A DNA stretch of 63,982 nucleotides, filler included, from Limisphaerales bacterium (GTDB lineage: Bacteria > Verrucomicrobiota > Verrucomicrobiia > Limisphaerales > SIBE01), in the NCBI GenBank assembly GCA_044225505.1. It is 3 parts of 3 records of this genome, joined end to end, with 100 filler letters (N's around TTAATTAATTAA, not from the genome) between each part and the next. Parts side by side here need not be neighbours in the genome. Positions count along the whole stretch, not along the records: positions 1 to 25,756 come from JBGAIN010000131.1; 2 more parts are not named here. The stretch is one strand, 5' to 3'. The translations under genes were made by a program, and so were the position numbers. Positions 10,535 to 20,570 of the stretch are shown piece after piece. The notes under the pieces were generated by a model. That model was not told where the DNA came from. It made no database searches and was given only the letters and a program-made list of their open reading frames with translations. The stretch's first letter is position 1. Each line of letters starts with the position of its first letter.

Positions 10535-10836
10535 AAGGCACGCCAAGGGAATTGATTCCTGCGTCGACGCTTGCCCGCCCTGGGTGACAGCGATATACAA
10601 ATTCCTTGCGTGGCGGAGTCCGTTTCCTGACTGGACTTTCAACTCCTTGCCCGCATCGCCGGACATGGGCAAGCGCAGGTTCATCTTGTTCATTCTTGAG
10701 AGATCCGGCTGGCACCTCGAGGAGCCGGTGGAAGAATCAGCATAGGCGATGTTTCCAAGGAAAAAGGCTGACTGACGCGTGCTGTTCAGAGACTGGGCGT
10801 CTACCGTCCTTGACAAAACCGGGGCGCCTAGCGGTG

Positions 10837-10873
10837 GACTAAGTTGACTAAGTCATGCTTCATCGATTAACCT
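10837..10873 (+). promoter_or_regulatory. Putative sigma70 promoter and antitoxin operator of the TA operon
   Basis: TTGACT (10844), 18 nt, TAACCT (10868). Tandem GACTAAGT and the palindrome TGACT-A-AGTCA (10845-10855) overlap the -35 element. Confidence 0.55.
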
Positions 10874-10881
10874 TTTAGGCG

Positions 10882-11124
10882 GTGAAGACGATTTCGACAC
10901 ATGATGCCAAGACCCATCTTTCCCGCTATCTGGTAGCGGTTGAAGCCGGGGAGGAATTCATCATCGCCCGAGGCAAGCGCGCGGTCGCGCGGTTAGTCCC
11001 ACTGCACCGCAGGGATGGGCCGAAGCGACCGAAAGTTGGCCGCATGATTACAAAGCCGTTTCATATCCCCGAAAAGGCGCTGCAACCGTTCACCCCTGAA
11101 GAACTCAAGAGCTGGGGCTTATGA
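10882..11124 (+). CDS. Phd/YefM-family antitoxin
   Basis: MKTISTHDAKTHLSRYL...GEEFIIARGKRAVARLVP; overlaps the toxin gene by 4 nt. Confidence 0.9.
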   Translation: MKTISTHDAKTHLSRYLVAVEAGEEFIIARGKRAVARLVPLHRRDGPKRPKVGRMITKPFHIPEKALQPFTPEELKSWGL

Positions 11125-11507
11125 ATCTTCTCCTCGACACGTGCGTTTTTCTCTGGCTCGCGGCCGAACCGAGCCGATTATCGAAGGCCGCCAGGGCAGC
11201 TTTGAATGACCCGTCGAATCAGTTGGTGCTGAGTGACGTGACGCTCTGGGAAATTGTGCTGAAAAACCAGACTGGGAAGTTACCGATGCCGGAGGCGCCA
11301 CGAACCTGGATTCCAAAGCAGATTGCTTTCTTCCAATTGCAGCCCGAGCCGATCGACTCCGAGTCTATCTTTCGGAGTGGCGACCTGCCCGCGAGCCACC
11401 GTGATCCTTTCGATCGGTTGCTCTGCGCGCTGGCGGTGGTCCATCGGTTGACCGTCGTAACCCCGGACCCACCTTTCCGTGAATTGGGTGCCTCAACGCT
11501 CTGGTAG
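11121..11507 (+). CDS. vapC: PIN-domain VapC toxin
   Basis: LLLDTCVFLW, SDVTLWEI, HRDPFDRLL, VTPD motifs. Confidence 0.92.
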   Translation: MNLLLDTCVFLWLAAEPSRLSKAARAALNDPSNQLVLSDVTLWEIVLKNQTGKLPMPEAPRTWIPKQIAFFQLQPEPIDSESIFRSGDLPASHRDPFDRLLCALAVVHRLTVVTPDPPFRELGASTLW

Positions 11508-11729
11508 ACTAGGCGCTTTGCCGGCGAGCCATCCAGCGCCAAACGGGCGAATCGGCAGTCGCTGGGGTGCCGTTTAGCGCGGCACGGAAAGAGCCGTTGG
11601 GGACGGTCGTTCGTACGCGGGGAGGGGTTGGAGCTGAGCAAACAATTGAGGGAAAGCAGCTTGAAAATTAACGGCTGCCGAACGAATCTAGCGGCATCCT
11701 TAGATCGTCATCGATTGGCGATCCGTCTT

Positions 11730-11939
11730 ATGAAACGTCACCTGGCACCTGGCGCACTCTTCGCCGCTTCGGTACTGATCGGTTGGTGGCTGGGGCGCGC
11801 TGGCGGAACGGATGGGCTGCTCATCGACGCCGGGGCGGTCGGCCCGGTTCTAATGGCGGCGATGTGGGCTTGGGACGAGCGATGTCGCCGTCACGAGGAC
11901 ACTCCATCGGCTCCGACCGAAACGGCACCCGATCGATGA
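11730..11939 (+). CDS. Small 2-TM membrane protein
   Basis: ATG at 11730; two hydrophobic segments. Confidence 0.45.
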   Translation: MKRHLAPGALFAASVLIGWWLGRAGGTDGLLIDAGAVGPVLMAAMWAWDERCRRHEDTPSAPTETAPDR

Positions 11940-12010
11940 GCCTTGGGGTGTCTCAGTCGCGCCAGGGAAGAGTGTTCCTCTGGACCAGAGTGACCGCATC
12001 GGGCTTACGC

Positions 12011-12703
12011 ATGAAATTCCTGAGCCGATTATTTCTGTCATCACTGGTGCTGACCTTGTGGTCTGGGTGCACGATCCTGGTGGAGCCGCGCGGGGCACCG
12101 GTGGTTCAGCCAACGCTAAACCTCTCGGACCCGGTCCTGAATCAGAGGCGCGTTTTTGTGGTGGGGAATATCACGGCGGCCAGCGCGGCGGAGACGATTC
12201 GGCAGCTCCTGTTCCTGGATGCGGGGAGCGACCAGGCGATCACGCTTTATCTCATGACGCCCGGTGGAGATCTGCATGCAGCTTTTGCCGTGGAGCGCGC
12301 GATGCGCCAGTTGCGCTCCCCAGTAAACACCTGCGCGATAGGGGAATGCAACTCGGGTGGAGTGTTATTGCTGGCGGCTGGCACCGGCAAGCGGACGGCC
12401 TTCACGGATACCACGCTGGTTATTCATGGCATTGAGCTCAAAAACAAACCACCGCCCAAGTATGTCCGGAGCGCCCAGAATGCCTACACCACATTCTGGC
12501 GTCAGCACGCCCGGTTGCCTCAAGGCTGGTTACCTATTCCACTGGGTAAAATCGTGGTTTTGACATCTCAAGAGGCACTGGACTACGGGATTATCGACGC
12601 GATCCTAACGCAACCCGGCCGAAACACCGATCTTGGTGGAGGTGCCAAATCCGACGATCGGGCTCCGGTCCCAAGTCAGCCGCCCGTCGCGCCGGTTCGC
12701 TGA
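12011..12703 (+). CDS. ClpP-like (peptidase S14) protein with lipoprotein signal
   Basis: LNQRRVFVVGNI, LYLMTPGG, GECNSGGVLLLAAG, VIHG, SQEALDYGIIDAI; N-terminus MKFLSRLFLSSLVLTLWSG|C. Confidence 0.8.
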   Translation: MKFLSRLFLSSLVLTLWSGCTILVEPRGAPVVQPTLNLSDPVLNQRRVFVVGNITAASAAETIRQLLFLDAGSDQAITLYLMTPGGDLHAAFAVERAMRQLRSPVNTCAIGECNSGGVLLLAAGTGKRTAFTDTTLVIHGIELKNKPPPKYVRSAQNAYTTFWRQHARLPQGWLPIPLGKIVVLTSQEALDYGIIDAILTQPGRNTDLGGGAKSDDRAPVPSQPPVAPVR

Positions 12704-13076
12704 GCCTGAATGCGCGGAGTTCTATGTCTGACCACGCGTTTATGCTGCAACGGCCCGCTTTGTGATCAGTGTGTCATGGGCATCCAATTCGCGCGGCTTC
12801 CATCGATCGACATTTGGAAACGAAGCGGCTCGATGAGGGTCGCGTCGCTGCCGTCCGGGCGGATGACCCAAACGGGTCGCTTGTCGGCAGGCTCAACAGG
12901 GCAAAGGAAAGGAAGAGCAGTTTCATTTCATGCGGGAGGAAGCGGTGGAAATGAGTTTGTTGGCCATGCTGTTAGAACGGAGTCTGCCGCTGTGGCGGTC
13001 ACGAATGCGTCTATGCCAGGCAGGGAGGGCAAGGTCAGCGTGTCTCGTAAGAGTGGGGTGAGGGCCATAAATCCAC

Positions 13077-13790
13077 TCAGTCGTTCGGTGGCGCCCAGCG
13101 AAACATCATGACGTGGTTCAAACCGGCGTTTTCCAGAAACATGACGTACTCGCCGTTTTTGCGAAGAGTGACGTTCAGGGCGTTGTCCGAGTCCACGCAA
13201 CCGCCACTGCCTTTGAAGCCGTTGATGTCTGGTCGAAGCGTGCCGACATAGCTGCCGTCCAGTCGATGGACGCGAATGAGACCATAGCCGTAGGCGACGA
13301 AAAGGTATTTGCCGCAGGCCTGCATCGCCAGGCCGCGAATCTTGCCGCCGGTGATCGCTGTGCGATTATAGGCCTCGTCTCCAAGACGCGTACGGAAAAG
13401 GCCGACCTCAGTGCCTATGTAAACGTAATGGTCGTCCACAGCGACTGAGGACGCGCTGCTGCCAAAACCGCTATCGTAGTCGTATTTGGTTACGAACTGG
13501 CCATTCTTGTACGAGGCCACCCCGCCGTAGCCTTCAGCCACTCCGGCCGAAAAGACGGTCCCATTCGGTGCCACGGCGATGGCAATGGCTGTGATCGGTA
13601 CTGAGTGATGCCCCTTTTCCCGGCTGAACGAGTTGGCCAGCCAGGAATGAATCACTGAGCCTGGCAGATCGCCATCCGTTGGGGTTTGCACCGCGGCTAC
13701 TTGACTTGGGTCGGCCGCCCCTACGCGACTTTCGGCGTAATGCACCACGCCAACAACCAGTAGGATATGGATAAAGAAAGTGTACTTCAT
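13077..13790 (-). CDS. Secreted hypothetical protein; short paralog of 14589..16454
   Basis: Shares SWLxNSFS at the N-terminus and RKxGEYxxFxE...VxMxRW at the C-terminus. Confidence 0.65.
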   Translation of the reverse strand: MKYTFFIHILLVVGVVHYAESRVGAADPSQVAAVQTPTDGDLPGSVIHSWLANSFSREKGHHSVPITAIAIAVAPNGTVFSAGVAEGYGGVASYKNGQFVTKYDYDSGFGSSASSVAVDDHYVYIGTEVGLFRTRLGDEAYNRTAITGGKIRGLAMQACGKYLFVAYGYGLIRVHRLDGSYVGTLRPDINGFKGSGGCVDSDNALNVTLRKNGEYVMFLENAGLNHVMMFRWAPPND

Positions 13791-13833
13791 TGTTTATGCT
13801 GGGCGCGCTTGGTCGTTTTATGTAGGGCTAAGT

Positions 13834-14601
13834 TCATTGAATTGCGGAAAACGCCGTCGGCGTGAGTGTATAGGCGGTGACGCCGGAACGGAGTTTGCCG
13901 TTGGCTTCGGTTTTCTTCTCAACACGGGTCCACTCCGCATCTTTGTGAAACTCGCTGATTGATTTCTGAATCGACGGAATGCTTTCGCCCACCAGCAGGC
14001 TGGTAAATTGATCATTTCCGTCGGCGTCCTTTTGCTCCGCGACCCACCAGCCAACGCTGTGCAAGCCGTGTCGCTCATAAATCGGCACTGCGACGTCACG
14101 CCAGCGATCGCGGAAGGCGTCGAGCTTGCCCGGGAGAACGGAGTAAATGCGCAGGTCGAAGACCCGAGGCGTCTTGCTCGTGGCGAAATCGAACTTCGCT
14201 GTGACGTCCACCTTTAGCGGCAGCGAGACAATTTTGTCCACCGTCTTGCCGTGTTTCGAGAGCGAGGCGGCATAGCCCTCCTTGAACTGCGCGTCCGCGC
14301 TGAATGCCTTCTCGCGCTCTTGCAGTTCCGCCTGGCTTGCCGCCGCCATCAGGTAAATGAATTTTGCGCGATTGGTTTCGCCTGCCGTCCAGTAGCCGAT
14401 GGTCGTGATGCCTTGCTTGCGTCGCACTGGGTCCACCGTGTCGCAGAAGCGTTCGACCACACCGCTAAGCTTGTTTGAAGTTACATCGTAGATGCGCAGT
14501 TCGTAGTAGCCTCTGTCTGGCGTTTCAGCTGCACGGATACCAAAGAGACCTGCGGCCATGGCGATGCCAACGAAGAGTAGTGTTTTGCTCATGGTCTCCA
14601 C
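13834..14601 (-). CDS. Secreted tandem NIPSNAP-domain protein
   Basis: Two YELRIY/FDLRIY...GYW/GWW units and a signal peptide. Confidence 0.85.
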   Translation of the reverse strand: METMSKTLLFVGIAMAAGLFGIRAAETPDRGYYELRIYDVTSNKLSGVVERFCDTVDPVRRKQGITTIGYWTAGETNRAKFIYLMAAASQAELQEREKAFSADAQFKEGYAASLSKHGKTVDKIVSLPLKVDVTAKFDFATSKTPRVFDLRIYSVLPGKLDAFRDRWRDVAVPIYERHGLHSVGWWVAEQKDADGNDQFTSLLVGESIPSIQKSISEFHKDAEWTRVEKKTEANGKLRSGVTAYTLTPTAFSAIQ

Positions 14602-16454
14602 CTATACATCAATACCTTGGCCTTGTAGTCTTCTTCGACGAACACGAGATACTCGCCGTCCTTGCGTCGGTGCGCGGTGATACCAGTGAGGATGTCCATC
14701 CAGCCGGTGTTGTGGTTGCCACCGACGATCTCGCCAGGGTCCAAGACCCCGACTTCCGCGCCATCGCTCAGGCGATTTACACCAATGCGGCCGCGTTCCT
14801 TCCAGCCCCCGGTGAAGACATAATCGCCGACCGCCGCCACGCAGCCGGCTTCCTTGCCGGCGGGTGGAGCGAACGACGTGGTCTCGCGGTTTCCCTGAAG
14901 GTAATTCTTGCAGATGAAGACGCGGCTGATGTGCCGCATATCCGTGCCTTCTTCAGCGACGATAAGTGTGTCGCGGTCGTCCAGATACACGACTCGCGCA
15001 ACTTTGTTCACGCCCCGCGGCTTCTCGAGAACGGTGGTTTTGTCGGCGGCGTAGATGGGATTGCCATTCTCGTCCAGGCCCTGAAAATCGTAGCGAAAGA
15101 ATCCGTAGGCCATCCAGATGTTACCAGCCTTATCCACCCAAAACGGGCCTGGCTTCACGCGGTCGGTGTTCGGCTCGAACTCGTTGGCCTGGTAATCGCC
15201 GTCCCCGTTGGTGTCGCGCCAGATGCTCGCGCCCTTCGGCTTGTTCGGAGGCCATTTTTGTTCGGTACGATAGAGATCGTTGCCCCATTGCAGAATCAGG
15301 CCTGAGGGAATCGCCACCTCGCCGTCGTAGCGGAAGATGTTGATAAAGTTGCTGGCGAACATGCCGCCCACAAAAAGGAAGCGTTTGCCGTTTAAATACA
15401 CAACTTGTGGTGAGGTAAGTCCGTGCTCTCCATTCTGCTTAACGAAAGTAAGACCGCGCGGGTCGTTCGGATACTTGTGACGGTTGAGTGAGTAGCCAAC
15501 GAGCCTTGATTCGCGCCCCACAGGCTGCGAGTAGTCCATTCGGAAATGCTCCTGCACACCCCAGACGTCGAGCGCATCTGTCGTCGGATCGGCGCTCACC
15601 ACGTCGACAAAGAAATCGCCGCGCAGTTCCCAGAGGAGTTTTCCATCCGGCGCGAATTTCCGTAGGCAGGACCCCATCTCGCTCATAGCGACATAGATGT
15701 TTCCCCCCGCGTCCATGCCGAGGCCACGGATGCCCCAGAATTTCGACGGCGTCACTTCGCCTGGCTTGCCGCTGTCAATGCCACCCTGGTCACCGAACGC
15801 TCGCGTCAGCTTCGGCCTATTCGAGTCGGTGATGTCGTAGAACAAAACCTGTTGTCGAGGGCTGGTCTGCGAATCGGCGACCATAAGTTGCCCATCGTTG
15901 GCCAGTGCAAGCGCCATTGGTTCGAACAAACCTGGGAACTCCACGGACTTGCCGTCACAGGTAATGCCCTTCGGCTTGAGGTCATACTCGTGAAACTTCG
16001 GCTCCGCGTAAACGAACTCGATTTTCCAACTGCGTCCCGACTTGTCTAGTACGGCGAGACTGTTGGGACTGACGTTTGTGTTTCCAATGACATCGCCATC
16101 CTTGTAAACACCGAACTTCTTCCCGCCCTCATCCCAGTGGCTCCACGTGTTCACGGTTCCATCGGGTTGCACTGTGGTATGAATAAAGAAGTTCTGCACC
16201 CACCGGTTGCTCGCGCCGGAGAAGGAGTTTCCGAGCCATGAGACGTTGTATTGGAGCGGTCCTTCTGCCCCAATTGTGGTGGTGGCAGACAATACGATTG
16301 CGGCCAAGAGCTTGATGTTACGTTTGGTGATGAGAAACCAAGGATCGTTGGACAGTTTGAAGCCTGGCCGCGGCCCAGCCTGGATGCCAGCGGGCCAGAG
16401 CACGGAGGCGAAAAGGTGCGGCAATGGCTTCATGGCCGAAAAAATGCCCGCCAA
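14589..16454 (-). CDS. Secreted beta-propeller (NHL-like) hypothetical protein
   Basis: 621-aa ORF with propeller-like blades and a WRDTNGDGDY motif; start uncertain. Confidence 0.75.
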   Translation of the reverse strand: MAGIFSAMKPLPHLFASVLWPAGIQAGPRPGFKLSNDPWFLITKRNIKLLAAIVLSATTTIGAEGPLQYNVSWLGNSFSGASNRWVQNFFIHTTVQPDGTVNTWSHWDEGGKKFGVYKDGDVIGNTNVSPNSLAVLDKSGRSWKIEFVYAEPKFHEYDLKPKGITCDGKSVEFPGLFEPMALALANDGQLMVADSQTSPRQQVLFYDITDSNRPKLTRAFGDQGGIDSGKPGEVTPSKFWGIRGLGMDAGGNIYVAMSEMGSCLRKFAPDGKLLWELRGDFFVDVVSADPTTDALDVWGVQEHFRMDYSQPVGRESRLVGYSLNRHKYPNDPRGLTFVKQNGEHGLTSPQVVYLNGKRFLFVGGMFASNFINIFRYDGEVAIPSGLILQWGNDLYRTEQKWPPNKPKGASIWRDTNGDGDYQANEFEPNTDRVKPGPFWVDKAGNIWMAYGFFRYDFQGLDENGNPIYAADKTTVLEKPRGVNKVARVVYLDDRDTLIVAEEGTDMRHISRVFICKNYLQGNRETTSFAPPAGKEAGCVAAVGDYVFTGGWKERGRIGVNRLSDGAEVGVLDPGEIVGGNHNTGWMDILTGITAHRRKDGEYLVFVEEDYKAKVLMYRWRP

Positions 16455-16634
16455 GTCGCTCCGCGGCTAGGACAGGAAAGTGTAAATCTTGGACAAATTT
16501 TACCCTGGCAGATTAGTCCGAAATTCCTGCGACGTCTTTGTCCTTTGGCGGATCAAATCTCGTTTCTTCAGTGGAGCCAGCCTGTTCGCCATTGAAAATA
16601 GGACGGCCTCTTGGCTTGCGGGGATTGTAACCAG

Positions 16635-16862
16635 ATGGAACATGCCTCAAAGGAAATGCGCGTTTTCACGGAAGCGCTCGCTCTTCCGCCAGCGGAGCGT
16701 GCCGACTATTTGGACCGTGCTTGCGTGGACGATGCGGAACTCCGTCGTAAGATAGAGGCGTTACTGAAGGCTCACGACCGGGTCGGGAGCTTTATGGAGA
16801 GACCTTCCTCGGGGTTAAAGGAAGGCAGGGCCGGGACAAATAACCATTCATCGGAGGAATGA
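16635..16862 (+). CDS. Stand-alone N-terminal domain of ECF-associated Ser/Thr kinases
   Basis: VFTEALALPPAERADYLDRACVDDAELRRKIEALLKAH matches the N-terminus of kinase 54612..58283. Confidence 0.7.
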   Translation: MEHASKEMRVFTEALALPPAERADYLDRACVDDAELRRKIEALLKAHDRVGSFMERPSSGLKEGRAGTNNHSSEE

Positions 16863-16995
16863 TAACCACCTTTCAACATCAACATAGCTTCCGCCGAAGC
16901 ACTCCGCAGAGGCAGTTGCGGTGAAAGAGATTAAAGGTGCGTTATGTTCAGGAATTGAGATGATTTTGAAGGCCAACCCGTGCCGGCCCGACCCT

Positions 16996-17550
16996 ATGAG
17001 CGATGCCACCGTCATGTTAGCCGCTGTCGAACAAGGCGACCCGACTGCCGCGGAGCACTTGCTTGAAATTGTTTACGAAGAATTGCGTCAGCTCGCGGCT
17101 TCGAAAATGGCTCAAGCAACTCCAGGCCAGACGTTACAACCCACGGCACTAGTGCATGAGGCGTGGTTGCGTTTGGTCGGCACGGGGAGTCCGACATTCA
17201 AGGATCGGACTCATTTCTTTCGCGCGGCAGCGGAGGCAATGCGGCACATTCTCATCGATCGAGCGCGTCGAAAATCGACGAAGCGTCATGGCGGAGGCTG
17301 CCAGCGGGTGGACATGGAAGGGTTGGATCTGGCCGCCCCTGATACCGATGACGAGGTCCTCGCGGTGCATGTCGCGCTGGAAAAACTCGCGCGCGAATAC
17401 CCCGTCCAAGCCGAACTAGTCAAACTGCGATACTTTGCCGGCATGACCAATGAGGAAGCCTCGCTCGTGCTTGGATTTTCCGTTTCGACGGCAAAGAATT
17501 ACTGGAACTTTTCCCGGGCGTGGCTGCTGAACGAAATCGAGAATCAGTGA
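16996..17550 (+). CDS. ECF sigma factor (TIGR02999-like)
   Basis: VYEELRQLA, TLQPTALVHEAWLRL, LVKLRYFAG motifs. Confidence 0.93.
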   Translation: MSDATVMLAAVEQGDPTAAEHLLEIVYEELRQLAASKMAQATPGQTLQPTALVHEAWLRLVGTGSPTFKDRTHFFRAAAEAMRHILIDRARRKSTKRHGGGCQRVDMEGLDLAAPDTDDEVLAVHVALEKLAREYPVQAELVKLRYFAGMTNEEASLVLGFSVSTAKNYWNFSRAWLLNEIENQ

Positions 17551-17562
17551 GGTGGCCATGGC

Positions 17563-17754
17563 GTGAATAACGCTTCCGATCGCGAGCGAGCCGTGGCCAC
17601 GCGAAGGAGCTAATGCCACGGGCTTGACGCAAGCGCTCGTCGGCGGCGAGGTAAGGAGACGGACCTCAAGAATTGCCGAAACATGCGCCTCCTCACGTTA
17701 GCGTCTACAGGAATAGGTACGCCCGTTCGAGGCGATCTCGACTGGATTGTCACG
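17563..17754 (+). pseudogene. Collapsed Ser/Thr kinase relic with a third copy of the palindrome
   Basis: Kinase-like start (MNNASDRERAV), then LTQALVGGEVRRRTS...ASSR*RLQE, then VRGDLDWIVT after a 1-nt shift. Confidence 0.7.
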
Positions 17755-18070
17755 TCACTCCCGCGAGCATTGCCGAAGACCTCGGGAACGCGTGGATAGG
17801 GCGGCTCTTGGCTCGCGTTCCACTGGACGAAGCCATAGCGCTCATGCGGTCGGGTATAGCTCGAACAATCCGTAGCGATATTTCGTTCGAAGGGCTTCTC
17901 TCCGGGGGGGGGAGCGAGTGTTACTGACTGGCTTTAAACTGAACGACACCACCGTCGCGTGAAAGATGGAATTTTCTTCGACTTGAGTTGTCCTTTTCTC
18001 CGGGCGTTCTCGTTTCTAAGAGCATGGACAGCCGCATGAACGTTCACACCGAATAAGCCATAATATATCC

Positions 18071-18901
18071 ATGAGTTACCTAACCACGAAAGACGGCACG
18101 AGCATTTACTACAAGGATTGGGGTTCGAAAAGCGCTCCGGTGATCAGTTTCAGTCACGGCTGGCCATTGAGTTCCGACGCTTGGGAAGCGCAGATGTTCT
18201 TTCTCGCATCGAACGGATTCCGCTGCGTGGCACACGACCGCCGCGGGCACGGCCGTTCCAGCCAGCCGTGGGATGGCAATCACATGGATCAGTACGCAGA
18301 TGACGTGGCCGAGTTGTTCGAGAAACTCGATTTGAAGAACGTCCTGATGATCGGGCACTCCACCGGTGGCGGGGAAGTTGCGCGATATATCGGGCGCCAC
18401 GGGACGAAACGCGTGTCGAAGGCCGTGCTCATGGGGGCCGTGCCGCCCATTATGGTCAAGACGCCAGCAAATCCTGGTGGATTGCCCATCGAGGTCTTCG
18501 ATGGATTTCGCAAAGCCTATCTCGAGGATCGCGCGCAATTCTTCCTCAATGTTGCCAGCGGGCCGTTCTTCAACTTCAACCGACCGGGCGCCAAGGTTTC
18601 ACAAGGACTCATTCAATCATGGTGGATGCAGGGCATGATGTGCGGCCACAAGAACGGCTACGATTGCATCAAAGCGTTTTCTGAAACGGACTTTACCGAA
18701 GACCTCAAGAAGTTCGACGTGCCCACGCTCATCATCCACGGCGAAGACGACCAAATCGTGCCGATCGATGCTTCCGCAAAGCTATCGGCTAAGCTCGTGA
18801 GGAATTCAGTCTTGAAGATTTATCCCGGCGGATCCCACAGCCTGGGCGACACCAGCAAAGAACAACTTAACCAGGACCTGCTCCAGTTCGCCAAGGCCTG
18901 A
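18071..18901 (+). CDS. cpo: Non-heme chloroperoxidase / alpha-beta hydrolase
   Basis: [37 protein letters not shown]. Confidence 0.9.
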   Translation: MSYLTTKDGTSIYYKDWGSKSAPVISFSHGWPLSSDAWEAQMFFLASNGFRCVAHDRRGHGRSSQPWDGNHMDQYADDVAELFEKLDLKNVLMIGHSTGGGEVARYIGRHGTKRVSKAVLMGAVPPIMVKTPANPGGLPIEVFDGFRKAYLEDRAQFFLNVASGPFFNFNRPGAKVSQGLIQSWWMQGMMCGHKNGYDCIKAFSETDFTEDLKKFDVPTLIIHGEDDQIVPIDASAKLSAKLVRNSVLKIYPGGSHSLGDTSKEQLNQDLLQFAKA

Positions 18902-18917
18902 AGGACCGGCCGCGCTT

Positions 18918-19754
18918 ATGGAACACGCCAAAAAGACCATTCTCCTCATTCATGGCTTGTGGGTGACGCCCACGAGTTGGGGAAAATTCCGACAGCGATA
19001 TCAGAGCATGGGTCACAATGTGATCGCTGCGCCCTGGCCCGGTATCAACGGTGACGTAGTCGCAACGCGGCGCGACCCATCCGGTTTGAACGGCATCGGC
19101 ATTGCCGAGGTGCTTGGACACTACACCAAGATCATTCGCGGTCTCCCCGAACCTCCGATCATCATGGGACATTCGTATGGTGGACTCATCACTCAACTCC
19201 TGATCGATCGCGGATTTGGTGCTGCGGGAGTGGCTATTGATTCCGTTCCGCCGAAAGGCATCCTTATCTTGCCGTTGTCCACCTACATGGCATTGACCCC
19301 GGCCTTTTTAAAGCCAACCACGTTCCAAACGACCTTCGCGTTCACCTTCAAGCAGTGGTGGAAGGTTTTCGCTAACACGCTGTCCGAAGCGGAAGCGCAA
19401 GCGGAATACGAGCGCGAAGTGATTCCCGCGTCGGGACGTTCGATCTTTCAGGCGGCACTCTCCAACATCACTCCCCATTCGTTAGCGACGATCAACTTCC
19501 ACAACGGCTCGCGCGCGCCGTTGCTGTTTATCGGAGGCGAAAAGGACGTGATCATGCCGGCGGCGCTCAATCGAAAGAATTACCGGAAATACCAGGTCAG
19601 TTCTGCTGTGACCGAATACAAGGAGTTTCCCCAACGTAGCCACTACATCATCGCCGAGAAGGGCTGGGAAGAGGTGGCCCAATACGCCCTCGTCTGGGCA
19701 TTGGGCAAGTCCGCTAGATCTGAAGCAACAAACCAACGATTAATTCACGCATGA
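18918..19754 (+). CDS. Alpha/beta hydrolase
   Basis: LIHGLW, GHSYGG, GEKDVIMP, RSH. Confidence 0.88.
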   Translation: MEHAKKTILLIHGLWVTPTSWGKFRQRYQSMGHNVIAAPWPGINGDVVATRRDPSGLNGIGIAEVLGHYTKIIRGLPEPPIIMGHSYGGLITQLLIDRGFGAAGVAIDSVPPKGILILPLSTYMALTPAFLKPTTFQTTFAFTFKQWWKVFANTLSEAEAQAEYEREVIPASGRSIFQAALSNITPHSLATINFHNGSRAPLLFIGGEKDVIMPAALNRKNYRKYQVSSAVTEYKEFPQRSHYIIAEKGWEEVAQYALVWALGKSARSEATNQRLIHA

Positions 19755-20497
19755 GCACCAAACTCTCCGGCAAGGTTGCCGTTGTCACGGGGGCGTCCAA
19801 AGGCATCGGCGCCGCCATCGCGAAACACCTCGCGGCAGCGGGCGCGTCTGTCATTGTCAATTATGCGTCCAGCAAGAATGGCGCGGACAAGGTCGTGACG
19901 GAGATTGCAGGCGCGGGCGGGAAGGCCGTCGCGGTGCAGGGCGATGTCTCGAGGCAACCTGACATCGAACGCCTATTTGTGGAGACGAAACGGGCTTTTG
20001 GCAGGCTCGACGTCCTGGTCAACAACGCCGGGATTTACGAAGGCCAACCACTCGGCAGCATTACCGAGGAGAACTTCCACCGCCATTTCAATCTCAATGT
20101 CCTGGGCCTCGTTCTGACCACGCAGGAGGCACTGAAGTATTTTGGAGCCGAAGGGGGCACGATCGTCAATGTAAGCTCGGTCGTCAGCACGCTTTCGCTG
20201 CCCAATACCGCGGTCTACAACGCGACCAAATCCGCGGTTGATGCGCTCACTCGCACGTTTGCCAAAGAACTGGGCGCGCGAAAGATTCGCGTCAATTCAG
20301 TCAATCCGGGTCCTATTGAAACGGAGGGCACGCACGCCGCTGGGTTTGTCGATCAATTTCAGGCGTTCGCGGCCATGACCCCACTCGGCCGCGTCGGTCA
20401 GCCTGACGACATCGCGCCCGCCGTGGTTTTTCTGGCCTCGCCGGAGTCCGGGTGGATCACTGGCGAATCCCTCTTCGTGACAGGCGGATTGCGGTGA
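19751..20497 (+). CDS. Short-chain dehydrogenase/reductase
   Basis: TGASKGIG, NNAG, YNATK. Confidence 0.93.
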   Translation: MSTKLSGKVAVVTGASKGIGAAIAKHLAAAGASVIVNYASSKNGADKVVTEIAGAGGKAVAVQGDVSRQPDIERLFVETKRAFGRLDVLVNNAGIYEGQPLGSITEENFHRHFNLNVLGLVLTTQEALKYFGAEGGTIVNVSSVVSTLSLPNTAVYNATKSAVDALTRTFAKELGARKIRVNSVNPGPIETEGTHAAGFVDQFQAFAAMTPLGRVGQPDDIAPAVVFLASPESGWITGESLFVTGGLR

Positions 20498-20570
20498 CCT
20501 CAGGGGCGTAATGCGCTCGTAGCTTTTCAGAAAACAACCAATCGGGATTGAAGCAAAGAACGGAGACAAC

